Source: a virus (lineage: Duplodnaviria > Caudoviricetes). Taken from it: a stretch of DNA of 64,000 nucleotides. The notes below the pieces were generated by a model. It had not been told where the DNA came from. It saw only the letters and a list, made by a program, of their open reading frames with translations, and searched no databases. The stretch lies in IMG/VR virus record IMGVR_UViG_3300025601_000007; one strand, written 5' to 3'. This document shows, piece after piece, positions 37,812-46,313 of this stretch (within the stretch, counting starts at the first letter, position 1; each line of letters opens with the position of its first letter). Position numbers and translations under genes: made by a program.

Positions 37812-39629
37812 ATGAGCGGACTTATTTCCGATTACCAAGATAAATATATCATTTCCGAGTACTATACATTTAATGCTCCAACCCGTGAAATGATTATAGA
37901 GGCTGAAAAAAAATATCAGCCTATCGTGATGTCTGGAATTCTTCAGATAGCAGATACGTTAAATAAAAACGGTCGAATTTACCCATACGAAATTTTAAAG
38001 CGCGAGGCTGATAAGTACATGGAGCTCGTAAAGGAAAACGTGGCTGGTGGTGAACTTGACCATCCTGATTGCAACTCATTAGACACTAGCATTTTAACCA
38101 TTAACGGCTGGAAGAAGCTAATAGATATTGCAGAAGATGAGTTTATATATACTTTAAATCAGGAAACTAATAAAATTGAGGCTCATAAGATTGATAAAAA
38201 AATCTTAGAACCCTATAGTGGTAAGATGTATCACTTTAAGGGTAAAGGAATTGATTTGATGGTTACTCCAAATCATAGATTTATACTTGAGACATCTGAT
38301 GGGGTATCTTTTGAGAAGACAGCATCTGAGCTGTCTGAGTATAGAAGCGGAAAGTGGAGAATTCCTAAAAAAGGAAATTGGGATGGAATTAATTACGATT
38401 CCTATATAATCCCTGGAATCGAAGAGTTTAAACCACACATAAGCAATGAGCTTAAGGATAAATATTCTCAAAACCTTGTTGTTAATGCAAAAGCGTGGTT
38501 TGCTTTTTTAGGTTTGTATCTAGCTGATGGAACTTCTGCTGGAGTGTGTGGGAGCAAAGCAAAACACAACCTCGTTAAAATTACACAGAAGAAGTCTGAG
38601 AATTTTGAGGCAATTAGAAAAATATTTGATGATTTAGGGATAGAGTATAACGAACGTGTTTATAGAGATGGGAAAATAGATTTTCAAATTTACGATGCAC
38701 GACTTAAGCAATATCTATTTCCTTTAGGGAATAGTTCTGAAAAATACATTCCAGAAGATATAAAAGCAGCTAATTCAGAATTGCTGACTATTCTTTTTGA
38801 AAATTTTCACATGGGAGATGGAACATCTAAAACATCTTATCATAAAGACAAAGGATATGTGTGTAAAAAGATTTTTTCTACTTCAGAAAAGATGATTAAA
38901 GACTTTAGTGAGGTGCTGTTAAAAATAGGGCTCCACGGAAATATAACTCAAGAACAACCTGTAGATAGATATATAAATGATGTAGTCGTTCTTGAAAAAG
39001 AAGTGGTGATGTCAGATGGGGCTGTAGAGATGGTTAAAGAAGAAATTTTAAAACCAAGATTGATTGAGGCTAAAAATAGTAAAACTAAATTCATCCTTAA
39101 TGTTAGCACTACAGATTTTATTTACATGGATGAGAGATTTTTAAAAATCTCTCAAATCCAAAACCCGTTTGATAAAGTAGCTTGTGTCAGAGTTAAAAAC
39201 GGAAATTTCTTTGTAATGCGTAATGGTAAATCCCATTGGACTGGAAACTCCGCAGTTGTATCTCTCGCTAATGTTTCACACCGTGTTGTTGAGATGTGGT
39301 GGGAAGGAAAAGAATTATGGGGCCGAGTGCAAATTGCTGAAACAGATGCAGGCAACACGTTGAAGGGTCTTCTAAAAACTGGATTCAAATTAGGAATTTC
39401 TTCTCGTGGAGTAGGAAGTGTTAAGTCTCAGGGTGGACAAGACATTGTGCAAGATGATTTTGAACTAATCGCTTTTGATTATGTATCAAACCCATCAACC
39501 CCAGGGGCTTACCTTTTTAAAGAAGGTTATATGAGACCACTTAAAGGGGTTAAAGAAAAAGCTAAATCAATAGGAGAGCTTAACCGTTTACAACTTATTT
39601 CTCAGAAATCTTTCTGGCAATCAGCGTAA
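37812..39629 (+). CDS. gp21: Prohead core protease (T4 gp21-like) containing an intein
   Basis: NKNGRIYP, GELDHPD/S, LGISSRGVGS, DYVSNPSTPGA. Confidence 0.93.
   Translation: MSGLISDYQDKYIISEYYTFNAPTREMIIEAEKKYQPIVMSGILQIADTLNKNGRIYPYEILKREADKYMELVKENVAGGELDHPDCNSLDTSILTINGWKKLIDIAEDEFIYTLNQETNKIEAHKIDKKILEPYSGKMYHFKGKGIDLMVTPNHRFILETSDGVSFEKTASELSEYRSGKWRIPKKGNWDGINYDSYIIPGIEEFKPHISNELKDKYSQNLVVNAKAWFAFLGLYLADGTSAGVCGSKAKHNLVKITQKKSENFEAIRKIFDDLGIEYNERVYRDGKIDFQIYDARLKQYLFPLGNSSEKYIPEDIKAANSELLTILFENFHMGDGTSKTSYHKDKGYVCKKIFSTSEKMIKDFSEVLLKIGLHGNITQEQPVDRYINDVVVLEKEVVMSDGAVEMVKEEILKPRLIEAKNSKTKFILNVSTTDFIYMDERFLKISQIQNPFDKVACVRVKNGNFFVMRNGKSHWTGNSAVVSLANVSHRVVEMWWEGKELWGRVQIAETDAGNTLKGLLKTGFKLGISSRGVGSVKSQGGQDIVQDDFELIAFDYVSNPSTPGAYLFKEGYMRPLKGVKEKAKSIGELNRLQLISQKSFWQSA
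38070..39248 (+). mobile_element. 393-aa intein with LAGLIDADG-like domain
   Basis: Starts CNSLDTSILT, block B VTPNHRF, ends ACVRV...HWTGN before Ser; GLYLADG and NFHMGDG motifs. Confidence 0.9.
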
Positions 39630-39673
39630 AACACGTTTTCTGAATTATTTATTCACAAGCAACCAAATTAACG

Positions 39674-41059
39674 ATGCCACAAAACGAGCAAACATCATTA
39701 GAAAAAGCATTCTTGGACTTCAAATCTTTGAAGGACACAGCTAAGGCTGAACTCATGAACCAACTCGAAGAAAAAGTAGAAGAACGAATTCTTTCGCTTA
39801 TGAACGAGGAGATTCAAGAGGACGTTCCTCTAGAGGACAAAGAAATAGTAAGTGAAGGTGTAACCGTAACAATAAATGTCGATGGCGATGACGTATCAGT
39901 AGATGCGGGAAGCGACGAAGATTTGGAAACAGTAACAGCACCAGAAGAAGACGCAGATGAGATGTTTGAAATCTCAGATGACGCCGAATCATATCAAATT
40001 AAAAACGAAATGAATTACCTCGACGAACAAGAGCCATTGGCACCAGAAATGGGGGCGGCTCCTGAGGCGGCACCAGCACCAGCACCAGCACCAGCACCAG
40101 AAGCTGTGCCAGAGCCAGAAATGGGAGAAGGGCAGCCAGAAGACCAAATCATTAGCGGAATAAAAGCTTTGATTGCTCAAAGCGGAGGAGAGTTAGGGGC
40201 GGACCCAGCAGCGGGTGGAGAAATCGACATCGTAGACGATGCGCCAGAGGCAGCAATGGCTCCTCCAGTGGCAGAAGAGTTTGACATGGAAGAGATTTTC
40301 GAAATCATTGATGAAATGGATGCCGAAGATGATGAATATCTAGGTATGGATGGAAGATTTGGTGCGAAAGACAGAGTTGGTCCGAATGACGATGATATCA
40401 CAATGGACGATATCATGGAGGACGAAGACGAGTTATATGAAATCGCTCTTGATTTAGATGAAGAGGAAGATGAACTCGACGAAGTGAAGATGATGGGACA
40501 CAGCCATTCAGTGCAAAGAAGTACTGGCACAAGTGCAGGTCCTGAGGTTGCTGTTAAAAACAGAAGCCGCAAAGCCGCAGTAAAAGAATCTACTTCCCAA
40601 AAGGGAAACAAGAATACAGCTCATAATGAGGCGAATATCGCTGAGCTTAATAAGGAAAACGAGAGTTTAAAAGCAAAAGTCAACGAACAGAAAGGTGAAA
40701 TTAAGAAATTCCATCAGTCGTTTGTTGAACTCAGAAGTCAATTCAACGAGATGCAGACTTTTAACGCCAAACTTGCTTACGCTAACAAATTGTTTGCAAA
40801 TGGTGGATTCTCCGAGAAAGAGAAACTTCAAATCGCAGAGTCTTTTGATAAAGCAGCTAACGCTGATGATGCAAAGAAGCTGTACAACAGTATTATTTCT
40901 GAAAACAAACTAACTGTAAAAGACATCAAGTCTGAGATTTCAGCAACTCCTTCGAGAGCTGCGAGACCGCAGAACCAGTCTGAGCATGTAGTTCTTCATG
41001 AAAGTGCTGAGATGAAGAGGATGAAAAAACTCGCAGGAATCAGTCGTCGCGAATCATAA
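39674..41059 (+). CDS. Prohead scaffolding protein (gp22-like)
   Basis: Very acidic, coiled-coil C-terminus, located between the protease and the MCP. Confidence 0.75.
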   Translation: MPQNEQTSLEKAFLDFKSLKDTAKAELMNQLEEKVEERILSLMNEEIQEDVPLEDKEIVSEGVTVTINVDGDDVSVDAGSDEDLETVTAPEEDADEMFEISDDAESYQIKNEMNYLDEQEPLAPEMGAAPEAAPAPAPAPAPEAVPEPEMGEGQPEDQIISGIKALIAQSGGELGADPAAGGEIDIVDDAPEAAMAPPVAEEFDMEEIFEIIDEMDAEDDEYLGMDGRFGAKDRVGPNDDDITMDDIMEDEDELYEIALDLDEEEDELDEVKMMGHSHSVQRSTGTSAGPEVAVKNRSRKAAVKESTSQKGNKNTAHNEANIAELNKENESLKAKVNEQKGEIKKFHQSFVELRSQFNEMQTFNAKLAYANKLFANGGFSEKEKLQIAESFDKAANADDAKKLYNSIISENKLTVKDIKSEISATPSRAARPQNQSEHVVLHESAEMKRMKKLAGISRRES

Positions 41060-41107
41060 TTGACTGACGAATTAACTAATTAATAATAAACACAAAAACA
41101 CAACACA

Positions 41108-42754
41108 ATGAGCGAATTGCTAAGAAGTGGTAAGGTTGGAATGACAACATTCAAGAACCTTGCTGAACAACGCACAGCTATCGTGAAGAACTGGGATGAC
41201 TCAGGTCTATTGGAAGGTTTGCGTGGTACACAGAAATCGAACGTAGCACAGCTTCTTGAGAATCAAGCACAGGCGATGCTTAACGAGGTAACACTCGATG
41301 CATCAGCTGGTCGTTTCGACACAGTTGCTTTCCCTATCGTAAGAAGGGTATTCTCTCGACTACTTGCTAATGAGCTTGTATCTGTACAACCACTCGCACT
41401 TCCATCTGGACTACTGTTCTACATGGATGCTAGAGTTTCCTTTAACAATAGTGACAATACATTTAACAATGAAATCGGTAGAACTGCCGAAGTTGCTGGA
41501 GCATCTAAAACTGCACCAAAAAACACAGCCAACCAAAACGTAGGGCCTAATTTTGCTGACACTACTGCATACGAACGTTTTTACAACAATCACGGGTTTG
41601 ACCTTTCCTTTGGAACGGGTGAAACTGTTACAGGTACGTTTCAAATAATTTCAGGTAGTTCGTTTGTAGGTGGTCTTTCTAATATAACGTTTGCATTGGA
41701 CACTGGATTCGACGTGTCGAAGCAGCAATCGTCTGCAACATTACGTTATTCATCTACTACGGAAATCTATTACTCTGCTGGTTCTTCGAACACGCTTGTA
41801 GTAGCAGCTGGTGGCTCAGTACCATTCTTTAGCCAAATTCAAACTTGGACAGAAGACCAGTACGCTGGAAACAATGCTGATGTGGTCCTTGACCTTCGTC
41901 CAGCAGGTGTTTACGGTTCTGACTTCGCAGTTGCCAACTTGAACTCAGGTGGAACTGAATTCGGCGCAGCCGTGAGGTTCACCATCACTCCAGCTTACGA
42001 AATCTTCAACGACCTAGAGGCGAAAAGTGAGATGGCTGAAATCACAATCCGTTTCTCTTCTGTTACAGTTGACACTGTTACTAGAAAGTTGAGAGCACAC
42101 TGGACTCCTGAGCTTGCTCAAGACCTTGAGGCTTACCACTCAATTGATGCAGAAGCTGAGCTTACAGCTCTTCTTTCTGAGCACGTTGCAGCGGAAATCG
42201 ACAGAGAAATCATTATCGACCTTATTAACGGTGCGCCGTTTAAAGCTCGTTGGGATTACAACGGATTGGCTAACAACGCCAACTTCTTTGGAACACAAAA
42301 AGATTGGAATCAAACTCTCATCACTCGTGTAAATGAGCTATCAGCTCAAATTCACAAGGCGACATTGAGAGGTGGTGCTAACTGGATTGTATGTTCTGCA
42401 GAGGCAGGTGCTATTTTCGATGACCTCGAATACTTCCACGTTGACGGTTCTGCTTCACCAGAAGCTGAAAAGTACAACTTGGGTGTTGAGAAAATCGGTA
42501 ACTTGGCTAACAGATATGTTGTCTACAAAGACCCATATTTGCCAGCACAAATCGTTCTTCTAGGACACAAGGGTAACACCTTCTTGGAAGCAGGTTATAT
42601 CTACGCGCCGTACATCCCTCTTCAATTGACGCAAACAATTTATGACCCGAACGACTTTACACCTCGTAAAGGTATCATGACTCGTTACGCCAAGAAGATG
42701 GTTAACAACCGTTTCTACGGAGTCGTATACGTTGACAATATCAACACTTACTAA
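41108..42754 (+). CDS. gp23: Major capsid protein (T4 gp23-like)
   Basis: VSVQPLALPSGLLFY, TRKLRAHWTPELAQDL..YHSIDAEAEL, YAPYIPL, GIMTRY. Confidence 0.96.
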   Translation: MSELLRSGKVGMTTFKNLAEQRTAIVKNWDDSGLLEGLRGTQKSNVAQLLENQAQAMLNEVTLDASAGRFDTVAFPIVRRVFSRLLANELVSVQPLALPSGLLFYMDARVSFNNSDNTFNNEIGRTAEVAGASKTAPKNTANQNVGPNFADTTAYERFYNNHGFDLSFGTGETVTGTFQIISGSSFVGGLSNITFALDTGFDVSKQQSSATLRYSSTTEIYYSAGSSNTLVVAAGGSVPFFSQIQTWTEDQYAGNNADVVLDLRPAGVYGSDFAVANLNSGGTEFGAAVRFTITPAYEIFNDLEAKSEMAEITIRFSSVTVDTVTRKLRAHWTPELAQDLEAYHSIDAEAELTALLSEHVAAEIDREIIIDLINGAPFKARWDYNGLANNANFFGTQKDWNQTLITRVNELSAQIHKATLRGGANWIVCSAEAGAIFDDLEYFHVDGSASPEAEKYNLGVEKIGNLANRYVVYKDPYLPAQIVLLGHKGNTFLEAGYIYAPYIPLQLTQTIYDPNDFTPRKGIMTRYAKKMVNNRFYGVVYVDNINTY

Positions 42755-42794
42755 TCTGCAAAGATTGGTTGGTTTGACCAACAATACCATAAAG

Positions 42795-42824
42795 AAGGGT
42801 TCCCAAAAGGGAGCCCTTTTTTTT
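42795..42824 (+). terminator. Intrinsic terminator after the MCP
   Basis: AAGGGTTCCC AAAA GGGAGCCCT-T run. Confidence 0.88.
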
Positions 42825-42826
42825 GC

Positions 42827-43228
42827 TTAAGCCTGTTCGTAATATCCTTCGATTTGTCTTTTTGCTCCTGCTCCAGCTGTGAAGTCATGCGTGTCTTGGA
42901 ATACTCCGTCAACACATGCAACCAAATGGTCTGTTGCCAAGGCTGCAATTGTTCTTTTTGGCATTAATTCATTCTGTGGTGGCACTGGACGACGCATATT
43001 TGTCCATTTCCATCCATGCTCAGCCATATACTTATCGAGTACGTGGAACTGAACTCCACTACCCTCATGCTTGGGGTCATCATCCAAGCTTAGTTTAAGC
43101 AGAACATCATGAACTTTTTGGTATGGCTCCTTAGTAACAATAGCTACAGCTCGATAAACACAAGCTCCATCTGTGGGTTCGAAGCCAGCCTCGACTCGAC
43201 CTCCATCATTTTGATTCCATTTCATCAT
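42827..43228 (-). CDS. Phage hypothetical protein (DGG...GACVYRAVAI family)
   Basis: 133 aa with Cys in CVYRA and His in HLVACVDG. Confidence 0.65.
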   Translation of the reverse strand: MMKWNQNDGGRVEAGFEPTDGACVYRAVAIVTKEPYQKVHDVLLKLSLDDDPKHEGSGVQFHVLDKYMAEHGWKWTNMRRPVPPQNELMPKRTIAALATDHLVACVDGVFQDTHDFTAGAGAKRQIEGYYEQA

Positions 43229-43301
43229 AAACTAGTATTTAGATATGTAACGGGTTGTTTTTAATAGCATAACCAATATACGCAATAAACCAGAAAAAGT
43301 T

Positions 43302-43367
43302 TCAAGTTACATTTTGTTGTGTTGTCGTTTTTAGTCTCATATCAATTTTTGTTGTCTTTAGTCTCAT
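43302..43367 (-). pseudogene. Vestigial array unit (MRLKTTKIDMRLKTTTQQNVT)
   Basis: Two in-frame ATGAGACTAAA starts 27 nt apart, then TGA. Confidence 0.75.
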
Positions 43368-43627
43368 GCCAATATAAGTCTTATTGTAGTCCAATCCCAT
43401 TCAATCCAGGGGACAGGCCTAGCGGTCCCCTTGTGGATTTCAACGAACCAATCCCCAGGGAATCCATCAGGAAACCACACTTCATAAACCTCACCTGGCC
43501 TGTTTTGAAGACGCAACGCTACCAAATATGGGTACCGCTTCGTGGGTTCAAACCCACCACGAATCAATGCGTCTTTGCATGCATCACTTGCATTACATGC
43601 ATCTGTTTGTGCTGTTTTCAGTCTCAT
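43364..43627 (-). CDS. Array paralogue 11
   Basis: 87 aa, MRLKTAQTDAC. Confidence 0.85.
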   Translation of the reverse strand: MRLKTAQTDACNASDACKDALIRGGFEPTKRYPYLVALRLQNRPGEVYEVWFPDGFPGDWFVEIHKGTARPVPWIEWDWTTIRLILA

Positions 43628-43884
43628 ACCAAACTAAATATTATTGTATTGGTCCAATCCCAAGAAACAAAGCTGATGGTTTTGGGGCCAACAACGGTCC
43701 CTTTGTCGATTCGAACGAATCTATCCCCAAGGTATCCATAAGAATGGAAGTGCGCTCCATAAACCACTTCACCTGGCTTATTTTGAAGCCGCAACTGCCA
43801 CGGGCTGATAGTTTTAAACCCACCACGAATCAATTGTTCTTTGCATGCCTCTGTTGATGTCGTTTTTGCCGTTTTCAGTCTCAT
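43624..43884 (-). CDS. Array paralogue 10
   Basis: 86 aa. Confidence 0.85.
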   Translation of the reverse strand: MRLKTAKTTSTEACKEQLIRGGFKTISPWQLRLQNKPGEVVYGAHFHSYGYLGDRFVRIDKGTVVGPKTISFVSWDWTNTIIFSLV

Positions 43885-44144
43885 ACAAATATAAGTGTTA
43901 TAGGATTAGAAGAATCCCATTCAATAAAGCCACGATGGTCTTTAGAGGCAAGCGTAACTAAAGACCCTTTATGGATTCGAACGAACCAATCACTGCGGTA
44001 TCCATCAGGAGAGAGCCACACTTCATAAGCCTCACCTGACTTTTTTTCACCAAGCCACAACCGCCAGAGGTGCCTTATCGAGGCTTCGAACCCACCACGA
44101 ATCAATGCTTTTTGGCATGCATCTGTTGCTGTTTTTAGTCTCAT
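43881..44144 (-). CDS. Array paralogue 9
   Basis: 87 aa from the coupled ATG; in-frame extension to 44180 possible. Confidence 0.85.
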   Translation of the reverse strand: MRLKTATDACQKALIRGGFEASIRHLWRLWLGEKKSGEAYEVWLSPDGYRSDWFVRIHKGSLVTLASKDHRGFIEWDSSNPITLIFV

Positions 44145-44407
44145 ACCAATATAAGTGTTATTACATTGGTCCAATCCCAATCAACCCAACCATCGCTGAT
44201 TTTGGGGCCAGCAACGGTTTCTTTGCGGATTCGAACGAACCAATCCCTTCGGTCTCCATCGTGAGGAAACCACACTTGATAAATCACTGGACCTGGCTTT
44301 TCTCCACCAAGTTGCAAAACCAAACACTGTGGGTTGTTCGCGTCTTCGAACCCGCCACGAAGCAATGTCTCTTGGCATGCGTTTGCTGTTGTCGTTTTCA
44401 GTCTCAT
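44141..44407 (-). CDS. Array paralogue 8
   Basis: 88 aa. Confidence 0.85.
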   Translation of the reverse strand: MRLKTTTANACQETLLRGGFEDANNPQCLVLQLGGEKPGPVIYQVWFPHDGDRRDWFVRIRKETVAGPKISDGWVDWDWTNVITLILV

Positions 44408-44682
44408 ATCAATTTAAGCCTTATTTCACTGGTCCAATCCCAATCAACCGAACTGTTGGAGGCAGGCCCAATGGTCCCTTTGTGGATTCGAAAAAATAAA
44501 TACCAACGGTATCCATCGCGAGGGAACCACACATCATAAGCCTCACCTGGCTTGTCTCCTCCAAGACGCAACTCAAAAGCCCGCGAGCTGTACGTCGTGT
44601 CTTCGAACCCACCACGAATCAATGCCTCTTGGCATGCATCGCTTGCATCGCATGCATCTTTTGTTGTCGTTTTCAGTTTCAT
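44404..44682 (-). CDS. Array paralogue 7
   Basis: 92 aa. Confidence 0.85.
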   Translation of the reverse strand: MKLKTTTKDACDASDACQEALIRGGFEDTTYSSRAFELRLGGDKPGEAYDVWFPRDGYRWYLFFRIHKGTIGPASNSSVDWDWTSEIRLKLI

Positions 44683-44930
44683 ACCAATCTAAGTCTTATT
44701 GTACTGGTCCAATCCCAATCAACCCCGCTGATGGTTTTGGAGCCCCCAACGGTCCCCTTGTAGATTCGAACGAATCCGCTCCTACGGTATCCATCGCCAG
44801 GAAACCACGCTTCATAAACCTCACCTGATTTGTTTCCAAGACGCAACCGCCACATGTCCCCATTGTGTTTTTTGAACCCACGACGAATCAGTGCCTCTTG
44901 GCATGCATCTTTTGCCGTTTTTAGTTTCAT
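44679..44930 (-). CDS. Array paralogue 6
   Basis: 83 aa. Confidence 0.85.
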   Translation of the reverse strand: MKLKTAKDACQEALIRRGFKKHNGDMWRLRLGNKSGEVYEAWFPGDGYRRSGFVRIYKGTVGGSKTISGVDWDWTSTIRLRLV

Positions 44931-45196
44931 ACCAATATTAGGATTATTCTATTGGAAAAATCCCAATCACCGTTGTCTTTGTAGCCAACAACAGTCCCTT
45001 TGTAGATTCGAACAAATTCACCCTCAAGGTATCCATCATTAGGGAACCACAAATCATAAACCTCGCCTGGCTTGTCTCCTCCAAGACGCAACTCAAAAGC
45101 CTGCGAGCTGTACGTCGTGGTTTCACACCCACCACGAATCAATGCCTCTTTGCATGCATCTGTTGCGTCTTTTGTTTGTGCCGTTTTCAGTTTCAT
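44927..45196 (-). CDS. Array paralogue 5 (mosaic)
   Basis: 89 aa; blocks shared with units 2, 3, 4 and 7. Confidence 0.85.
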   Translation of the reverse strand: MKLKTAQTKDATDACKEALIRGGCETTTYSSQAFELRLGGDKPGEVYDLWFPNDGYLEGEFVRIYKGTVVGYKDNGDWDFSNRIILILV

Positions 45197-45459
45197 ACCA
45201 ATCTAAGTATTATTGTGTTGGTCCAATCCCAATTACCCAAACCGTTGGGGGCAGGCCAAATGGTCCCTTTGTGGATTGTAACAAACAAATCCCAACGGTA
45301 TCCATCAGGAGGGAACAACGCTTCACAAACCTCGCCTGGCTTGTCTCCTCCAAGACGCAACAGACGCACGCTGTACGTCACGTTTTCAAACCCACCACGA
45401 AGCAATACCTCTTTGCATGCGTCTGTTGCGTCTTTTGTTTGTGCCGTTTTCAGTTTCAT
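45193..45459 (-). CDS. Array paralogue 4
   Basis: 88 aa. Confidence 0.85.
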   Translation of the reverse strand: MKLKTAQTKDATDACKEVLLRGGFENVTYSVRLLRLGGDKPGEVCEALFPPDGYRWDLFVTIHKGTIWPAPNGLGNWDWTNTIILRLV

Positions 45460-45731
45460 ACCAATCTAAGTATTATTTTGTTGGTCCTATCCCAAAAAAC
45501 AAAGCCAATGCTGGTTTTGGAGGCAGCGGTCCCTTTGTAAATTCGAACAAATTCACCCTCAAGGTGTCCATCACAATAGAACCACACATCATAAACCTCG
45601 CCTGGCTTGTCTCCTCCAAGATGCAGCCCCTCTGTGCTGTTCGTCATGGTTTCACACCCACCACGAATCAGTGCCTCTTTGCATGCATCTGTTGCATCTT
45701 TTGCATTTGTTTTTTCTGTTTTTAGTCTCAT
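45456..45731 (-). CDS. Array paralogue 3
   Basis: 91 aa from the coupled ATG; in-frame extension to 45767 possible. Confidence 0.85.
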   Translation of the reverse strand: MRLKTEKTNAKDATDACKEALIRGGCETMTNSTEGLHLGGDKPGEVYDVWFYCDGHLEGEFVRIYKGTAASKTSIGFVFWDRTNKIILRLV

Positions 45732-45970
45732 ACAAATGTAAGTATTATTGTACTGGAAGAATCCCAATCACCGTTGTCTTTGTAGCCAACAACAGTCCCT
45801 TTGGTGATTCGAACGAACCAATCCCAACGGTATCCACGAGGGAACCACACATCATAAACCTCACCTGGCTTGTCTCCTCCAAGACTCAACCACTGCGAGC
45901 TGTACTTGGTTTTAAACCCACTACGAATCAATTGTTCTTTGCATGCATCTTTTGCCGTTTTCAGTCTCAT
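45728..45970 (-). CDS. Array paralogue 2
   Basis: 80 aa. Confidence 0.85.
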   Translation of the reverse strand: MRLKTAKDACKEQLIRSGFKTKYSSQWLSLGGDKPGEVYDVWFPRGYRWDWFVRITKGTVVGYKDNGDWDSSSTIILTFV

Positions 45971-46227
45971 ACCAATCTAAGTTTTATTGTGTTGGTCCAA
46001 TCCCAATCATACCAACCGATGCTGTTTTTGGGGCCAGCAGTCCCTTTGTCGATTTCAACAGACCAATCACTGGGGTATCCATCATTAGGGAACCACGCAT
46101 CATAAACCACTTCACCTGGCTTGTCTCCACCAAGACGCAAAACCTGCGAGCTGTACTTATCGTCTTTGAACCCACGACGAAGCAATTGCTTTTTGCATGC
46201 ATCTGTTTGTGCCGTTTTCAGTTTCAT
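45967..46227 (-). CDS. Array paralogue 1
   Basis: 86 aa. Confidence 0.85.
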   Translation of the reverse strand: MKLKTAQTDACKKQLLRRGFKDDKYSSQVLRLGGDKPGEVVYDAWFPNDGYPSDWSVEIDKGTAGPKNSIGWYDWDWTNTIKLRLV

Positions 46228-46281
46228 ACCAATTTAAGTATTATTGTATTGGTCCAATCCAAACATCGCTGTGTTTATGAA

Positions 46282-46305
46282 AAAATATACGTTAATTTTC
46301 AATAA
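46282..46305 (-). promoter_or_regulatory. Putative array promoter
   Basis: TTATTG-aaaattaacg-TATATTTT upstream of the 10-codon leader ORF at 46266. Confidence 0.45.
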
Positions 46306-46313
46306 GGGTTACA

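Larger units (their letters stand above)
43302..46266 (-). repeat. Tandem array of 11 complete ~250-280-bp paralogous gene units plus vestigial ends
   Basis: Units joined by ATGA stop/start overlaps; conserved blocks MxLKT, DAC..L.RGGF, GGDKPGEVY, VRI.KGT, DWDWT. Confidence 0.95.

Noticed and set aside
43302-46266. Array as a diversity-generating retroelement or RT-associated array
   Set aside because: No reverse transcriptase in the window. Differences between units involve all four bases and in-frame indels rather than adenine-specific substitutions, and no invariant template copy is present.
43302-46266. Array as a CRISPR array
   Set aside because: The period is ~260 bp, the constant parts are degenerate, the variable parts are homologous to each other, every unit is an intact coupled ORF, and no cas genes are present.
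43319-46305. Plus-strand ORFs over the array (MPLCMHLL..., 132-144 aa)
   Set aside because: Antisense shadows of the repeated minus-strand genes, with inconsistent starts and stops between units.
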